Assembly (NCBI RefSeq): GCF_000189555.1
Contig: NC_017276.1
Strand: one strand, 5' to 3'
From: Saccharolobus islandicus REY15A
Lineage (GTDB): Archaea > Thermoproteota > Thermoprotei_A > Sulfolobales > Sulfolobaceae
DNA length: 64,000 nucleotides
Under the pieces are notes generated by a model, which was given only the letters and a program-made list of their open reading frames with translations, was not told where the DNA came from and ran no database searches. Numbering within the stretch: position 1 is the stretch's first letter; every line of letters begins with the position of its first letter. Shown here piece by piece: positions 41,924 through 52,326 of this stretch. Made by a program: the position numbers and the translations under genes.

Positions 41924-44900
41924 CTAACCCAAGGTTTTGCTTATCTCAGTCGCAATTATAGTTTTTAATTTTTCAGTATTATCCCTTAGTAACTGTATGA
42001 TTGCGGATATCACTACGTTCTCATCATATTCTTCTGTGACCCTACTTTTCAATAACGAAGTAAAGGGTTGCATAACTTTATCTAATTCAATAGTTGATAA
42101 TGTATTGGATATTTCTTTTAAATACTCCGCTAGTACGATTGCTTTATCTATTGAAGACTGAGAGGATTTTTGCCTTATACTACCAGATAGTTTAGATGCG
42201 ATAGTTTTGCCTATATTGTCCACTACTTGAACTATAATAGGTTCAATAATCTTCTTATACTCGTCAACACCAGAAGTGGAAAATGATGCTGTATCAGCTA
42301 TTAGGTTGACTTGAGAATTAAGAGATGATAGTATACTCGCAATTAGCTCTTTCTTTATGTATTCTTTACTATTCTCATCTAGTTGAAAAGAAACTACTTG
42401 ATATTGTGCACTTTGTATTCCTAATTTTTCTGCTAAGAATTCTATTAGTGTTACAGCATTTATTCCTACACTTCTGAACTTAGCAGCAGCTAATGGACAT
42501 AGTGTAACTACTTTTCCATATCTTTCTCCTATAGCTCTAGCCATTAAGTCAGCTCTCTTCCCTAAACTCTTTTCTAGGATTGCACCAGAACAACCTTCAA
42601 TCTTCTTAACTCTAAATCCCTTTTCGCTTAATCTTTTAATTACCTCATCGGAATACTCAGAGGAGAAACAAGCTACATGCAAGTTTATATTCTCATTACT
42701 TCCGTCAATAAGAATAGACTTTAATAGCCTAAGCTCTAATGGCACTACTTCGAAAAATACTTCTGCTCCAGCCAATTTAGAGTAGTCCTTATATGCTGTG
42801 GAGAATGTTCTGTAATCTTCAGGAGTAATAGTAATTATTTCTAATGAGTTGTTAACTGTATCTAAATTTTGTTTCATTTTTTCTAAGAACCTATTCCCAT
42901 TTCCACTTATATAATCTAGAAATCCACTATCTGCTGATGTGCCTACTACTTTAACTTTTAATCCCATCTTTTTAAGTATTTTTAACGCAGTGATGGCTAC
43001 TGCAGGATTACTTACAGTATTCTTGCCAACCCATAACACGAATTGACTATTTGGATCATTTACTGAGGCCAACTCTGGATCAGAAAAGATGGATAGTTCT
43101 ACTGTTGGTTCCTCTGGTAATTTCTTAGCAACTAGACTGTTCAATTTGATCAATAGTGTTGAAATTGGAATTCGTGCTGGACATACTCCATCACAAAGAC
43201 CACATTTATGACAGCCTGAAATCTCAGCTATTACACTATCCGGTATGTCAATGGAACCGTTTAATTCGTAATAAGCTATTGCACCCCTAACGAAATCAAA
43301 CATACCCTTTGAAGCATAAGGCCATTGGGGAATTAGCCTATATTGTGGGCAAACAGTAACACACATTGAGCAATCTATACACATAAGGCTATAATCAGCG
43401 AAATCTTCCAAATACCTTCTCACATGCTTGAAACCCTCAACCTCACCACCGGGAGACAATCTTTTTACAAAGCCAATCGCAAACCTAAAGTTTAAGGCCT
43501 CCTGCTGCCTTCTTGGAATTTCTAGAATAGCCTTAGCCCTATTCTTAGGATCAAAAAGCTTGCCGGGATTAAAAATTTCATTCGGATCAGTCTCTTCCTT
43601 ATACTTCCTTATAACTTCATATCTATCGACTCCTAGATCACTAAATGTTTTCCCCATGCTGCTTAATCTATTTTTAGCATATTTGTGAGCAAAGATACCT
43701 ATTGATAAAAGGGAACCATTAACTTTTACGAATTCGTCCATCATTAATGTGTTCTTAGCTAAATCATACAATATCTTCTTATCAACTGGACTTACTGAAA
43801 TTTGAGTAAATGCATTAACTAAAAGGACCTCCCTTCTCTCTAAAGCTATATCTACATCAAATCCACCATCAGGGGATAGCTCACCTAATTTGCCTATAGA
43901 CTTTTCTAGATTCTTTAATAAATCTAAAAGCCTAGTATAATGTATTAGGCCATGTTGATGTATCAGTAGCCCTTGTGTTCTTAATGCTGCTGCAACGCCA
44001 TGATTAAATGACCACCAACCAGTCCATTCTCCTTCAAAAACTTTGCCGCCATAAGATTGAGCGATCTTATAGATTTTCGGTTCAACTAGAGGTGATCTAG
44101 GAGATGGGTATAGTATTACCATATTCCATTTTTGAGGTTCGAATGGTGCCTTATACTTCTCAGCCATATATGTGGAAATATATGGACCCCTAACTTGAAC
44201 GTGCCAAGCTGGAATTACTTCCCTATAAAACTCTCCCACTGCATGCATCATCTGATCCAAATTATCGAAGGATATAACCATAGCTTCAGTTGGAGAGAAA
44301 TTCCTAAGCTTTAACCCAGCTTTAGCTATTATCCCGGTAGTACCTTCCGCTCCACATACTAACGCTAAATCCTTGCCCTCTAGTCTAACTAAGTCCCCTT
44401 TTGGATTTACCATTTCAACGAAGCTTACATTGTCTGAAATAAAACCATATTCATATGAACCTATTCCTAAAGCGTCTCCAGCTATCCCTCCTCCCACAGT
44501 GGAATCGTACGAAGATGGGAAGGTCCTTAATTGCAGTCCCTTCTGCTGAGCATAGATATCAACAAGCTTCCAAGTAGCACCGGGCTCAACTATTGCCATC
44601 TTATTCGATTCATCTATAGTTACGTTGGTCATCTTTGAAAAGTCAAGTAATATTCCACCATCTGCTGGTATTGCGTTACCATATCTATTTGTACCTCTGC
44701 CATAAGGGACTATTGGTATTTTATATTTGAGTCCTAATCTAACTACGTTAATAATATCTTCCACCGACCTAGGATAAGCAACGTAGTCTGGGACAATGTT
44801 AATCTTTATTCCAGACCACACTAGTTCTGGAACGAAACCGAAATCCACTGAATGAGATAGTCTCTCTACTAATTCATCATGAAAACTATCCTCTAGTAAA

Positions 44901-44926
44901 CTTTTCAACTCCTCTTCCAAACCCAT
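41924..44926 (-). CDS. FAD-linked oxidoreductase fused to 4Fe-4S and CCG domains (GlcD/GlcF, lactate dehydrogenase-like)
   Basis: VPYGRGT, STVGGGIAG and GAEGTTGII FAD motifs; CIDCSMCVTVCP and CHKCGLCDGVCP; CSG/CP motifs. Confidence 0.88.
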   Translation of the reverse strand: MGLEEELKSLLEDSFHDELVERLSHSVDFGFVPELVWSGIKINIVPDYVAYPRSVEDIINVVRLGLKYKIPIVPYGRGTNRYGNAIPADGGILLDFSKMTNVTIDESNKMAIVEPGATWKLVDIYAQQKGLQLRTFPSSYDSTVGGGIAGDALGIGSYEYGFISDNVSFVEMVNPKGDLVRLEGKDLALVCGAEGTTGIIAKAGLKLRNFSPTEAMVISFDNLDQMMHAVGEFYREVIPAWHVQVRGPYISTYMAEKYKAPFEPQKWNMVILYPSPRSPLVEPKIYKIAQSYGGKVFEGEWTGWWSFNHGVAAALRTQGLLIHQHGLIHYTRLLDLLKNLEKSIGKLGELSPDGGFDVDIALERREVLLVNAFTQISVSPVDKKILYDLAKNTLMMDEFVKVNGSLLSIGIFAHKYAKNRLSSMGKTFSDLGVDRYEVIRKYKEETDPNEIFNPGKLFDPKNRAKAILEIPRRQQEALNFRFAIGFVKRLSPGGEVEGFKHVRRYLEDFADYSLMCIDCSMCVTVCPQYRLIPQWPYASKGMFDFVRGAIAYYELNGSIDIPDSVIAEISGCHKCGLCDGVCPARIPISTLLIKLNSLVAKKLPEEPTVELSIFSDPELASVNDPNSQFVLWVGKNTVSNPAVAITALKILKKMGLKVKVVGTSADSGFLDYISGNGNRFLEKMKQNLDTVNNSLEIITITPEDYRTFSTAYKDYSKLAGAEVFFEVVPLELRLLKSILIDGSNENINLHVACFSSEYSDEVIKRLSEKGFRVKKIEGCSGAILEKSLGKRADLMARAIGERYGKVVTLCPLAAAKFRSVGINAVTLIEFLAEKLGIQSAQYQVVSFQLDENSKEYIKKELIASILSSLNSQVNLIADTASFSTSGVDEYKKIIEPIIVQVVDNIGKTIASKLSGSIRQKSSQSSIDKAIVLAEYLKEISNTLSTIELDKVMQPFTSLLKSRVTEEYDENVVISAIIQLLRDNTEKLKTIIATEISKTLG

Positions 44927-44962
44927 ACTACTACCCTTAAATGTTATATATTATTCTAGCAT

Positions 44963-45382
44963 TTATATATTCTTTAAAGTTTCTATTATTGCTTTTTGTA
45001 CGTACTCGTAATATTCCCTTGACTGTTCTTTTCTTGGTACGAAATCTTTCATTATATCTGGATCTTGGGACCATGTTGGAACTATATGAAAATGAGAGTG
45101 AAATACCACTTGCCCTGCACTCTTTCCAATATTGGTTAATATTCTTATACCATCAGCCTTCAAAGCTTTCTTTACTGCAATTGAAATCTTTCTTACAGCT
45201 GTACATAAATATGGTATGACGTCTTCAGAAATCTCTAAAAAATTCTCATAATGTGTTCTAGGTACTACCAAAGTATGTCCAGGTGTAATAGGAAATTTAT
45301 CCAGAAATGCGACTACTCTATCGTTACTATACACGATATACCCATGATCCCTTCCTTCAACAATGTTGCAAAAGATACACAT
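44963..45382 (-). CDS. HIT-family nucleotide hydrolase
   Basis: CIFC, PGHTLVVP and HSHFHIVP histidine triad. Confidence 0.93.
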   Translation of the reverse strand: MCIFCNIVEGRDHGYIVYSNDRVVAFLDKFPITPGHTLVVPRTHYENFLEISEDVIPYLCTAVRKISIAVKKALKADGIRILTNIGKSAGQVVFHSHFHIVPTWSQDPDIMKDFVPRKEQSREYYEYVQKAIIETLKNI

Positions 45383-45539
45383 CTGTATTGACCCTCATTA
45401 CTACAAAATTATAAGTTTAGTTACAAAAAATCCCTTTGCTATTCAACTGGATTTCTTCATTCATGAAGATTCCATTTTTAATATTAAGTTTTGTGTAAGG
45501 AAGTCAAATTATGAAACATCACTGCTTTTAAGCTTATTC

Positions 45540-45920
45540 TCAGGGGTCCTCTATGCAGACTTCTTTTCCTTTCTTAAACTCTATGTGTAATATTTTTTGT
45601 AATTCTCTTCCTAAAAGCGAAATTTCCCTACCAAGAATAGGACTTTCAATAAGAGTGTCAAGTTTAATTTTACCAATCTTTATAATAGCCTTAGCAACTC
45701 TAGTTTTAACAATTCCGTTAAGCGTTGCGTAAACTCTTGGATTCTCTAACTCAAGGGAATTTACTTTATTGTAAACAGAAGGAGGGATTAAAAGATAACC
45801 GGAAAATCCAGTGTCAATTAATGCTCTAACTTCCATGAAATCCCCATTATAAGGATCTATTACGGTAACCGGTAAAGTAGGTTTATCATTTATTCTAAAG
45901 CAATCGAAGACCATCCCCAA
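45540..45920 (-). CDS. Clan AA (retropepsin-like) aspartic protease
   Basis: ALIDTGFSG catalytic motif, TLNG and LLGRE. Confidence 0.85.
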   Translation of the reverse strand: MGMVFDCFRINDKPTLPVTVIDPYNGDFMEVRALIDTGFSGYLLIPPSVYNKVNSLELENPRVYATLNGIVKTRVAKAIIKIGKIKLDTLIESPILGREISLLGRELQKILHIEFKKGKEVCIEDP

Positions 45921-46255
45921 TCTCCTATCTCTTGCTTATCGTAATTCTTACTACCTATCATACATTTCTTGTGCCCCTTCCCCTTTTCAACTGCCTCCTT
46001 TTCACTATCAAATGCACCTATATATTCTCCGTCACAAGCTAAAACATACTTTCCTTCATCATATGCATTTATTGCTTCAGGATTAGTCTTAAGTACGATG
46101 TAATTATAATCACCTATTCCTTCGGTAACGTTAAGCCACAAAGAAATAGCCTGCTGTATTGCTTCAGAGACACTTATCCCTAATAGTGCAGCTCTAGCTT
46201 TTAACATCCTATAAAGCTGCTCGTCCATATTCTTTATCAGCACCTTTGTTGCCAT
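45890..46255 (-). CDS. Ribbon-helix-helix plus DUF5678-like protein
   Basis: MATKVLIKNMDEQLYRMLKARAALLGISVSEAI (RHH) then GKYVLACDGEYIGAFDSEKEAV. Likely start at 46255; overlaps the protease start. Confidence 0.7.
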   Translation of the reverse strand: MATKVLIKNMDEQLYRMLKARAALLGISVSEAIQQAISLWLNVTEGIGDYNYIVLKTNPEAINAYDEGKYVLACDGEYIGAFDSEKEAVEKGKGHKKCMIGSKNYDKQEIGDWGWSSIALE

Positions 46256-46891
46256 ATGTTTAACTTGGTAAGAAATATAATAAAGTTTATCTTTAATACA
46301 TGAATCTGACAAAAAGAACGACAAGCCTCGCCCCTTCTCGATAGATTAAAACTCACTATCTATATAATAACTTGACATAAAGGTAAACGGAATTATAAAA
46401 ATAAATAAGAATATATCTATATTAAGGTAATTATTCAACTAAGACTCCAAGGAGAGGGAGAACTCACTTCCACGGGGAATCCACGCAAAACTAGAGAACG
46501 AGCAAAACCAAGTATTACAAGAGAAAAGGAAATAAGCAAATAAGAGAAATATTAATATAAGCCCAGCCACTCCGAGGGATAAAACCCCATTCAAGAGGCT
46601 AGCTGTAAAACCTCTAGAAAACAAGAGAGGATCAAACACCGAGTAGGGGGTTTTACTTAAACTATTCTAGGGGCTGAACATAGTTAATATTATGCAAGGA
46701 GAACAAGGTATTATGACCACAAGGAATATATAGGGGTACATGATTGACGTCCATAGATTCTCGATTCCCCAGCTCTGTTAGAGGTGAAGCTTGTAGGGCC
46801 TCTTGATACATCAAGTAGACTTCAAAGCGTTAAAAAAGCAAATAGATATATTTCGAATTTATGTTGAGGCTTTTTGTAAAATTAAAACCAG

Positions 46892-47107
46892 TCAGATACT
46901 AAACTTGGCTTTAATATAATCGCCTTTTTCAGTTATTAATTCTATTATATGATCACCCTTTATAGGGGTAAAATCATTTATTTCTATTGTTATATTTTTA
47001 ACTCCATAGGGTATATATTCTGGATTATATCTATACGTCATCTTACCATCGATTCTAATTGCTACGATCTTACCTGAAACCTTATCAGTTTGCAACCAAA
47101 CTTTCAT
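46892..47107 (-). CDS. Small hypothetical protein
   Basis: 71-aa ORF with beta-rich composition. Confidence 0.6.
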   Translation of the reverse strand: MKVWLQTDKVSGKIVAIRIDGKMTYRYNPEYIPYGVKNITIEINDFTPIKGDHIIELITEKGDYIKAKFSI

Positions 47108-47162
47108 ATTTACAAACTTCCTTGCATAATGTTTAAAAGTAATAACGCTATCCTATAGAGTA

Positions 47163-47768
47163 ATGTTAACGGCCCAAGAACTAATAGTAATATTCGTTAT
47201 CTCGTTCATAACAAATGCAACTCCATTCTTTGGAGCTCCTTACACCCTGATAACTACGTCAATATTAATAAAGAGTGGAGTATCACCTTTGTCGCTAATC
47301 TTGGCTGTAGTATTAAGCGGGCTTGGTGCATCCTTATCTAAGTTAGTAATGTACGCATTGGGAATAGCCATAAGAAAACCTCTAAAAAACAATAAGAATA
47401 TTCTGCTTATAGAGAAGATTAGCAAGAGTTACGGATTTTATGCAGCTCTATTCATATTGACCATATTACCATTATTACCATTAGACGACTACATATTTCT
47501 CGCGGGAGGAGTAGCTAGGCTTTCAGTTTTTAGAATGATACTGATTTCAATAATAGGTAAGATACTAAAAAGTGGAATTGAGATAAGTATAGAACTTACT
47601 GGAATTTCTTTAATAGCCTCAATATTTAGCATAAACGAATTTGAACTTTCTATAATTTCTATTATAGTATTCATTTTACTTGGAATTCTGTTATTCAAAT
47701 TAGATTGGGAAGAAATTCTGAAGAGGGGAGAAAAATTCTTAAGAGAAAAATTAAAAATTAATTTATGA
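47163..47768 (+). CDS. DedA/VTT-like membrane protein
   Basis: PFFGAPY, GASLSKLVMYALG, PLLPLDD..FLAGG and GKILK. Confidence 0.75.
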   Translation: MLTAQELIVIFVISFITNATPFFGAPYTLITTSILIKSGVSPLSLILAVVLSGLGASLSKLVMYALGIAIRKPLKNNKNILLIEKISKSYGFYAALFILTILPLLPLDDYIFLAGGVARLSVFRMILISIIGKILKSGIEISIELTGISLIASIFSINEFELSIISIIVFILLGILLFKLDWEEILKRGEKFLREKLKINL

Positions 47769-48265
47769 AGATTTTTAGTGGTAAAAAATTTGAAGTGCAC
47801 ATAGATAAGGTGAAATTGCCTAACGGATATGAAAGGGAATTAGAGTTCGTGAAGCATAGGGGTTCTGTCGTAATAATACCTAAGATAAACAATGAAATTA
47901 TATTGATAAGGCAATTTAGGCCTGTAATAGATAAATGGATATATGAGTTACCAGCAGGAACGATTGAGGAAGGAGAAGATCCATTAAATACTGCAAATAG
48001 AGAATTAATTGAGGAAATAGGATATGAAGCTGGGAAAATGAAAGAAATAATAAGTTTCTATGCTTCCCCTGGCATAACTACAGAGTATATGAGATTATAC
48101 TTGGCTGAAGATCTTAGATACGTCGGAGCTAAACCGGAACCATATGAAATCATAGAACCTATTAGACTAAGTATAGAGGAGGCAATAAAAATGATAAGAG
48201 AAAGGAAAATAGAAGACGCGAAAACGATAATAGGAATATTTACATTAAAGGAGCTCTTAGAATAA
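47765..48265 (+). CDS. NUDIX hydrolase (ADP-ribose pyrophosphatase-like)
   Basis: Nudix box GTIEEGEDPLNTANRELIEEIG; RQFRP; YASPG. Confidence 0.92.
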   Translation: MKIFSGKKFEVHIDKVKLPNGYERELEFVKHRGSVVIIPKINNEIILIRQFRPVIDKWIYELPAGTIEEGEDPLNTANRELIEEIGYEAGKMKEIISFYASPGITTEYMRLYLAEDLRYVGAKPEPYEIIEPIRLSIEEAIKMIRERKIEDAKTIIGIFTLKELLE

Positions 48266-48313
48266 AAAGAGAAGCGTAGAAAAATCTAAAATTGTGTAAT
48301 ATTACAGAATGTT

Positions 48314-48653
48314 ATGACAAGGTTCCCAATCCATGTGAGATTTCAGTATGAATTGAACGTAAATACTGCAATTAACGTGGCAAATAGATTAAAGATGAAT
48401 GAGGCAGAGGATGTGAAAATCGTATTTTTAGTCTCAAGTATAACTATACTCGATATTGAAAATAGGCTGTCGGAGATAGTTAAAAAGAGTGCCGAGCCTC
48501 TTAAGAAAAATCAGTTAGAGTTTTCATATGTTAAATAGCTATGAAAAATTATAATGTGAGTAAGGATAGTCTAGTACATGTAGACGAGATAAGTAGAGGT
48601 GTGAATGTTTAGTAAGAATGGCTAACGAAGGATACGAGATACTAACATTTTAA
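48314..48653 (+). pseudogene. DsrE-like pseudogene
   Basis: DsrE-like N-terminus. The continuation RVFIC*..KNYNVSKDSL..SRGV/LVRMANEGYEILTF is spread over shifted frames with a stop. Confidence 0.5.
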
Positions 48654-49321
48654 ATTAAAAATAGATCTAAGCCCCTTAGCTCTCCAACTAGTATTGGTTC
48701 TTCTTTTGTTATCCATTTTCTTGCCTTGACTTCTCTAAGAGACTCTACCACTTCAACCCAATTCTCTATTTCTGGAATCTCATAAACTACGACGAACTCA
48801 TAATCACCTACTCCAAAAGAGTAAGTAGTATATGATCTAATTCCCTTGTTCTTTGGATGAGTTCGAGCAGTTTCAATATGTTCTTTCATGATTTTTTCCC
48901 TTTCTTCAAAAGGTAGAAGATACCATTCTACGTCTTTTTTCATGGGATATGCTACAAAATACCTTAAAGGCTCTAATGAGAGGACCTTATTAATGTCAAA
49001 ATTTCCTCTTGTATATGGAGACGACCTATATACGGAAAACAAGGATAGTGATTCATAACCTAAATCCCTTATTTTAGAAAGTAAAGTATATTTAAATTCT
49101 AACAATTTCGACGTATCGGAGGAAGTTACCCAATAAATAATATCACTATCATTCCTAAGAGATATGTATCTTTTTAGTGAAATTAGATTATTCCTAAACT
49201 GTGATTCTACAGATTCTATCTCATTTATTGCGCTTCTTCTTTCCTCTCTACTACTACTCCACCATCTATTTGTAAGCTTTATCGAGGAAATATAAAAGTA
49301 TGCTAAACTATTTTGGCTCAT
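48650..49321 (-). CDS. Chlorite dismutase/coproheme decarboxylase (ChdC/HemQ) family
   Basis: YPMKK..EWYLLPFEER..IMKEH and YTTYSFGVGDYEFVV. Confidence 0.85.
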   Translation of the reverse strand: MSQNSLAYFYISSIKLTNRWWSSSREERRSAINEIESVESQFRNNLISLKRYISLRNDSDIIYWVTSSDTSKLLEFKYTLLSKIRDLGYESLSLFSVYRSSPYTRGNFDINKVLSLEPLRYFVAYPMKKDVEWYLLPFEEREKIMKEHIETARTHPKNKGIRSYTTYSFGVGDYEFVVVYEIPEIENWVEVVESLREVKARKWITKEEPILVGELRGLDLFLI

Positions 49322-50495
49322 TATCCTCTAAGTCTTGAATAATGTCATTATACAATATTAATACTTCTTCCAAATTTGCCAAATAAGCTATGAAGTTGTT
49401 GGATAAATTCTGTCTAACATATTCGTCAAGTAAATCTAATCCATCCGCTGTAGGACCATTTATTATTCTTTCAACATACTCTTCAAATTTTTTCTTTGAA
49501 TCAGCAAGTATTATAAAAGCAATAGGTATGATACTTAATATATCCTTGGATGTGAAATTGACGTCCTTTACTACATCAGAGCTAACTCCGCTATAGTGAA
49601 TAGAACTTAATCCATGTTTCTTAGTTACTTTACTTTCGACCTTATTTTTCAACTTATCTATAGATAAAGGTAGGTAAGAAATAGGAGACGGGTTGCCAAT
49701 AATAACATCTACTCCAATATTATTGGAAATTCTATCCAAGTACATTATTGCCCTAAGCAATCTGGCTAATTTGTGTTTTTTAACCGAGCTAGGCTTCTTT
49801 CCTACGTTAAACCCTATAAGGTATTTGAAGATACATCCCGCGTAAATAGTTTTACCATTTTGTATAGGATTTTCAGCTGGTAATAGATTATATTCTACAA
49901 ACTCCCTATAAATCAAAGTATATTCCTCCTCGTTTATCAAAGACTTTAAGTAGTCTTCGAAGTTCTCTATGTTTTCTCTCCTCGATTCAACAACTTGGCC
50001 CAACTCGTTGTATTTCTTAATTATCGGAGGATTATACGACATGTCAATAAATATTTGAAGAATAGGAAAGGAATCTTCACTCCTTAATACAGTGGCTGCG
50101 TAAGCATTGTTAGGAAATCTAACAACACCCACTATTACTCTAGAATTGACATCGCTAGATAACGCTACATGTTTTGAAGAAGCTAAGGCTAATCTTTCCA
50201 TATCAAACCATTCTTTACTTAATCGTAGAGTCTCTGAATTAGTATCAATATTTCCGTAATTGTAAACTATCGAATCTACCTTTAATTCCTCCGCTACTTC
50301 CTCTATTACGTCCTTAATGAGAGAATCTATTTGGGGAATTGGTGGTAAAATATAGTGCTCCTCAGTCTTATATATATGGACGCCATTATCTTGTAGTTTT
50401 ATTAACATTATCTCCTTTCTATTACCCTTGTCGTCAATTAGAGAGCATAGAATCTCTGGTTTTTCAGGGTTTGAGTATACTTCTAATAGTCCCAC
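49308..50495 (-). CDS. Hypothetical protein
   Basis: 395-aa ORF overlapping the start of the ChdC-like gene. Confidence 0.8.
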   Translation of the reverse strand: MGLLEVYSNPEKPEILCSLIDDKGNRKEIMLIKLQDNGVHIYKTEEHYILPPIPQIDSLIKDVIEEVAEELKVDSIVYNYGNIDTNSETLRLSKEWFDMERLALASSKHVALSSDVNSRVIVGVVRFPNNAYAATVLRSEDSFPILQIFIDMSYNPPIIKKYNELGQVVESRRENIENFEDYLKSLINEEEYTLIYREFVEYNLLPAENPIQNGKTIYAGCIFKYLIGFNVGKKPSSVKKHKLARLLRAIMYLDRISNNIGVDVIIGNPSPISYLPLSIDKLKNKVESKVTKKHGLSSIHYSGVSSDVVKDVNFTSKDILSIIPIAFIILADSKKKFEEYVERIINGPTADGLDLLDEYVRQNLSNNFIAYLANLEEVLILYNDIIQDLEDNEPK

Positions 50496-50875
50496 TATCC
50501 CATCCTACTTAAATTTGTTAATACAGATACTTTTATTAGGATTATGGTAGAAAAACCTTTTCCATGCCTAATAACAATAGTTCATCCACCACCTAATTCT
50601 CCCTATTCCTTAGGTAAGTTTTACTCCAAACCTCATTATAATAACGTTATCATTCGAAAACAGTTCTCCCATCATATAGAGAGATGTTTAGTTCAAAACT
50701 TCTCCATACCTTAAAAGGTCTCCTGCATAAGTTCTATGTGATAGGATTAAGAGTGTCATATATATCCGTTTAAATCTAAATTTAAGGCATTAGCCAGCTA
50801 TAACTTGATCTGGATTACGAATATCTAAAATAAGTGATAAATAAAGATAAATCAGTAGAGTCATTGATATAATCG

Positions 50876-51403
50876 ATGTTAGAAGAGTCGAAGAAGGCTT
50901 TAAGGGTATTTATAACTGGTAACCCCGGTGTTGGGAAAACTACAATATTACTCTTTTTAATTAATAAATTAAGTGAGAATAATTACAAAGTTGCTGGATT
51001 TTATTGCCCAGAGGTGAGAGAGAATGGAAGAAGAATAGGTTTTAGAATAGTAGATATAACTACCAATGAAGGAGACTGGTTGGCTAAAGAAAATGCGCCT
51101 GGAAGAGTGAAAATAGGGAAATATACAGTTTTAGAAGATAGTGCTAAAAGAATAACTGAGATTACATTGTCTAACATTAATAAGGCAGATGTTTTAGCAA
51201 TAGACGAAATTGGGCCAATGGAGTTAAAAATACCTACAATAAAGAAATTAATTGAGATTATTCTAAATAATCAAAAACCTTTGATTGCAGTGTTACATAG
51301 GACACAAAAACCCATGGGAGGAAGAATCTACGTAATTACCGTTGAAAATAGGGATTCGATAAAGTACGAGATTTTGAATTACATATTAAGTAGCCTAGAT
51401 TAA
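50876..51403 (+). CDS. THEP1/NTPase_1-family nucleoside triphosphatase
   Basis: ITGNPGVGKTT, GF...E.R..G.RIGF and IDEIGPMEL. Confidence 0.92.
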   Translation: MLEESKKALRVFITGNPGVGKTTILLFLINKLSENNYKVAGFYCPEVRENGRRIGFRIVDITTNEGDWLAKENAPGRVKIGKYTVLEDSAKRITEITLSNINKADVLAIDEIGPMELKIPTIKKLIEIILNNQKPLIAVLHRTQKPMGGRIYVITVENRDSIKYEILNYILSSLD

Positions 51404-51483
51404 CTTCTTCTATGGCCTTTTCCAAATTCTCTTCATTCAGATGGTATTATACGTTAAATATTTGCTCAACAAATATTCTCATA

Positions 51484-52326
51484 ATGGTAATGCATGAATA
51501 TATCAGAAAATCACTCACAATAGATTGTGAAGCTGTTACTAACTATATTGTGGAAAGGATAAGGGAGTATCTTGAATTTAGCAATAAGAAAGGAGGAGTA
51601 ATAGGGGTAAGCGGGGGAGTGGATTCAGCGGTAACTGCAACGCTTCTTGCTAAAGCTACTGATAATTTCTTCATACTTCTCATGCCTTCCTCTTCAACGC
51701 CAAAGATAGATTTGGAAGACTCCTTCGAAATGATAAAGTTCCTCAACGCACAAAATAAGTACAAATTAATTAATATAGACGAAATTGTAAGCTTATTCTC
51801 AAATAAAATAGAAACAAATAACAAATACATAATAGGTAACATAAAAGCTAGAGTTAGGATGATAGTACTTTACGCATATGCGCAAATGTTAGATTACTTG
51901 GTGGTAGGAACTGGAGATAAGAGCGAACTACTATTGGGATACTTCACAAAGTATGGGGATGGAGGTGTTGATGTTTTACCAATAGGTGATTTGTACAAGA
52001 CACAGGTTAGAATGCTAGGAAAATGTTTGGGATTACCGGAAAGGATAGTCACAAAACCAAGCTCCCCAGCCTTATGGGAAGGACAAACCGCTGAAGGTGA
52101 ATTAGGAATTGATTACGAAACAATAGATTCAATATTATACTTAAGATTCGATGAAATGAGAAGTGAAGATGAAATAGTGAAAATGTTAGGAATTCCTATA
52201 GACACTATTAAAAAAGTTGATAGACTAGTTAAAATCTCTCAGCACAAAAGGCTACCTCCAGAGATATTCAGATTAAGTGGAAGAGCCATAAACTCGGATT
52301 GGAGGTTTCCTAGAAGATGGGCATAA
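51484..52326 (+). CDS. nadE: NAD+ synthetase (single synthetase domain)
   Basis: GVSGGVDS, NIKARVRM, GTGDKSE, FTKYGDG and PSSPALW. Likely start at 51484 or 51490. Confidence 0.95.
   Translation: MVMHEYIRKSLTIDCEAVTNYIVERIREYLEFSNKKGGVIGVSGGVDSAVTATLLAKATDNFFILLMPSSSTPKIDLEDSFEMIKFLNAQNKYKLINIDEIVSLFSNKIETNNKYIIGNIKARVRMIVLYAYAQMLDYLVVGTGDKSELLLGYFTKYGDGGVDVLPIGDLYKTQVRMLGKCLGLPERIVTKPSSPALWEGQTAEGELGIDYETIDSILYLRFDEMRSEDEIVKMLGIPIDTIKKVDRLVKISQHKRLPPEIFRLSGRAINSDWRFPRRWA

Noticed and set aside
46439-46639. 66-aa hydrophobic minus-strand ORF
   Set aside because: Its hydrophobicity simply mirrors the A-rich plus strand; no independent support.
50496-50875. Intergenic tract with short interrupted minus-strand frames, vaguely PIN-like
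   Set aside because: Too degenerate; no convincing motif.
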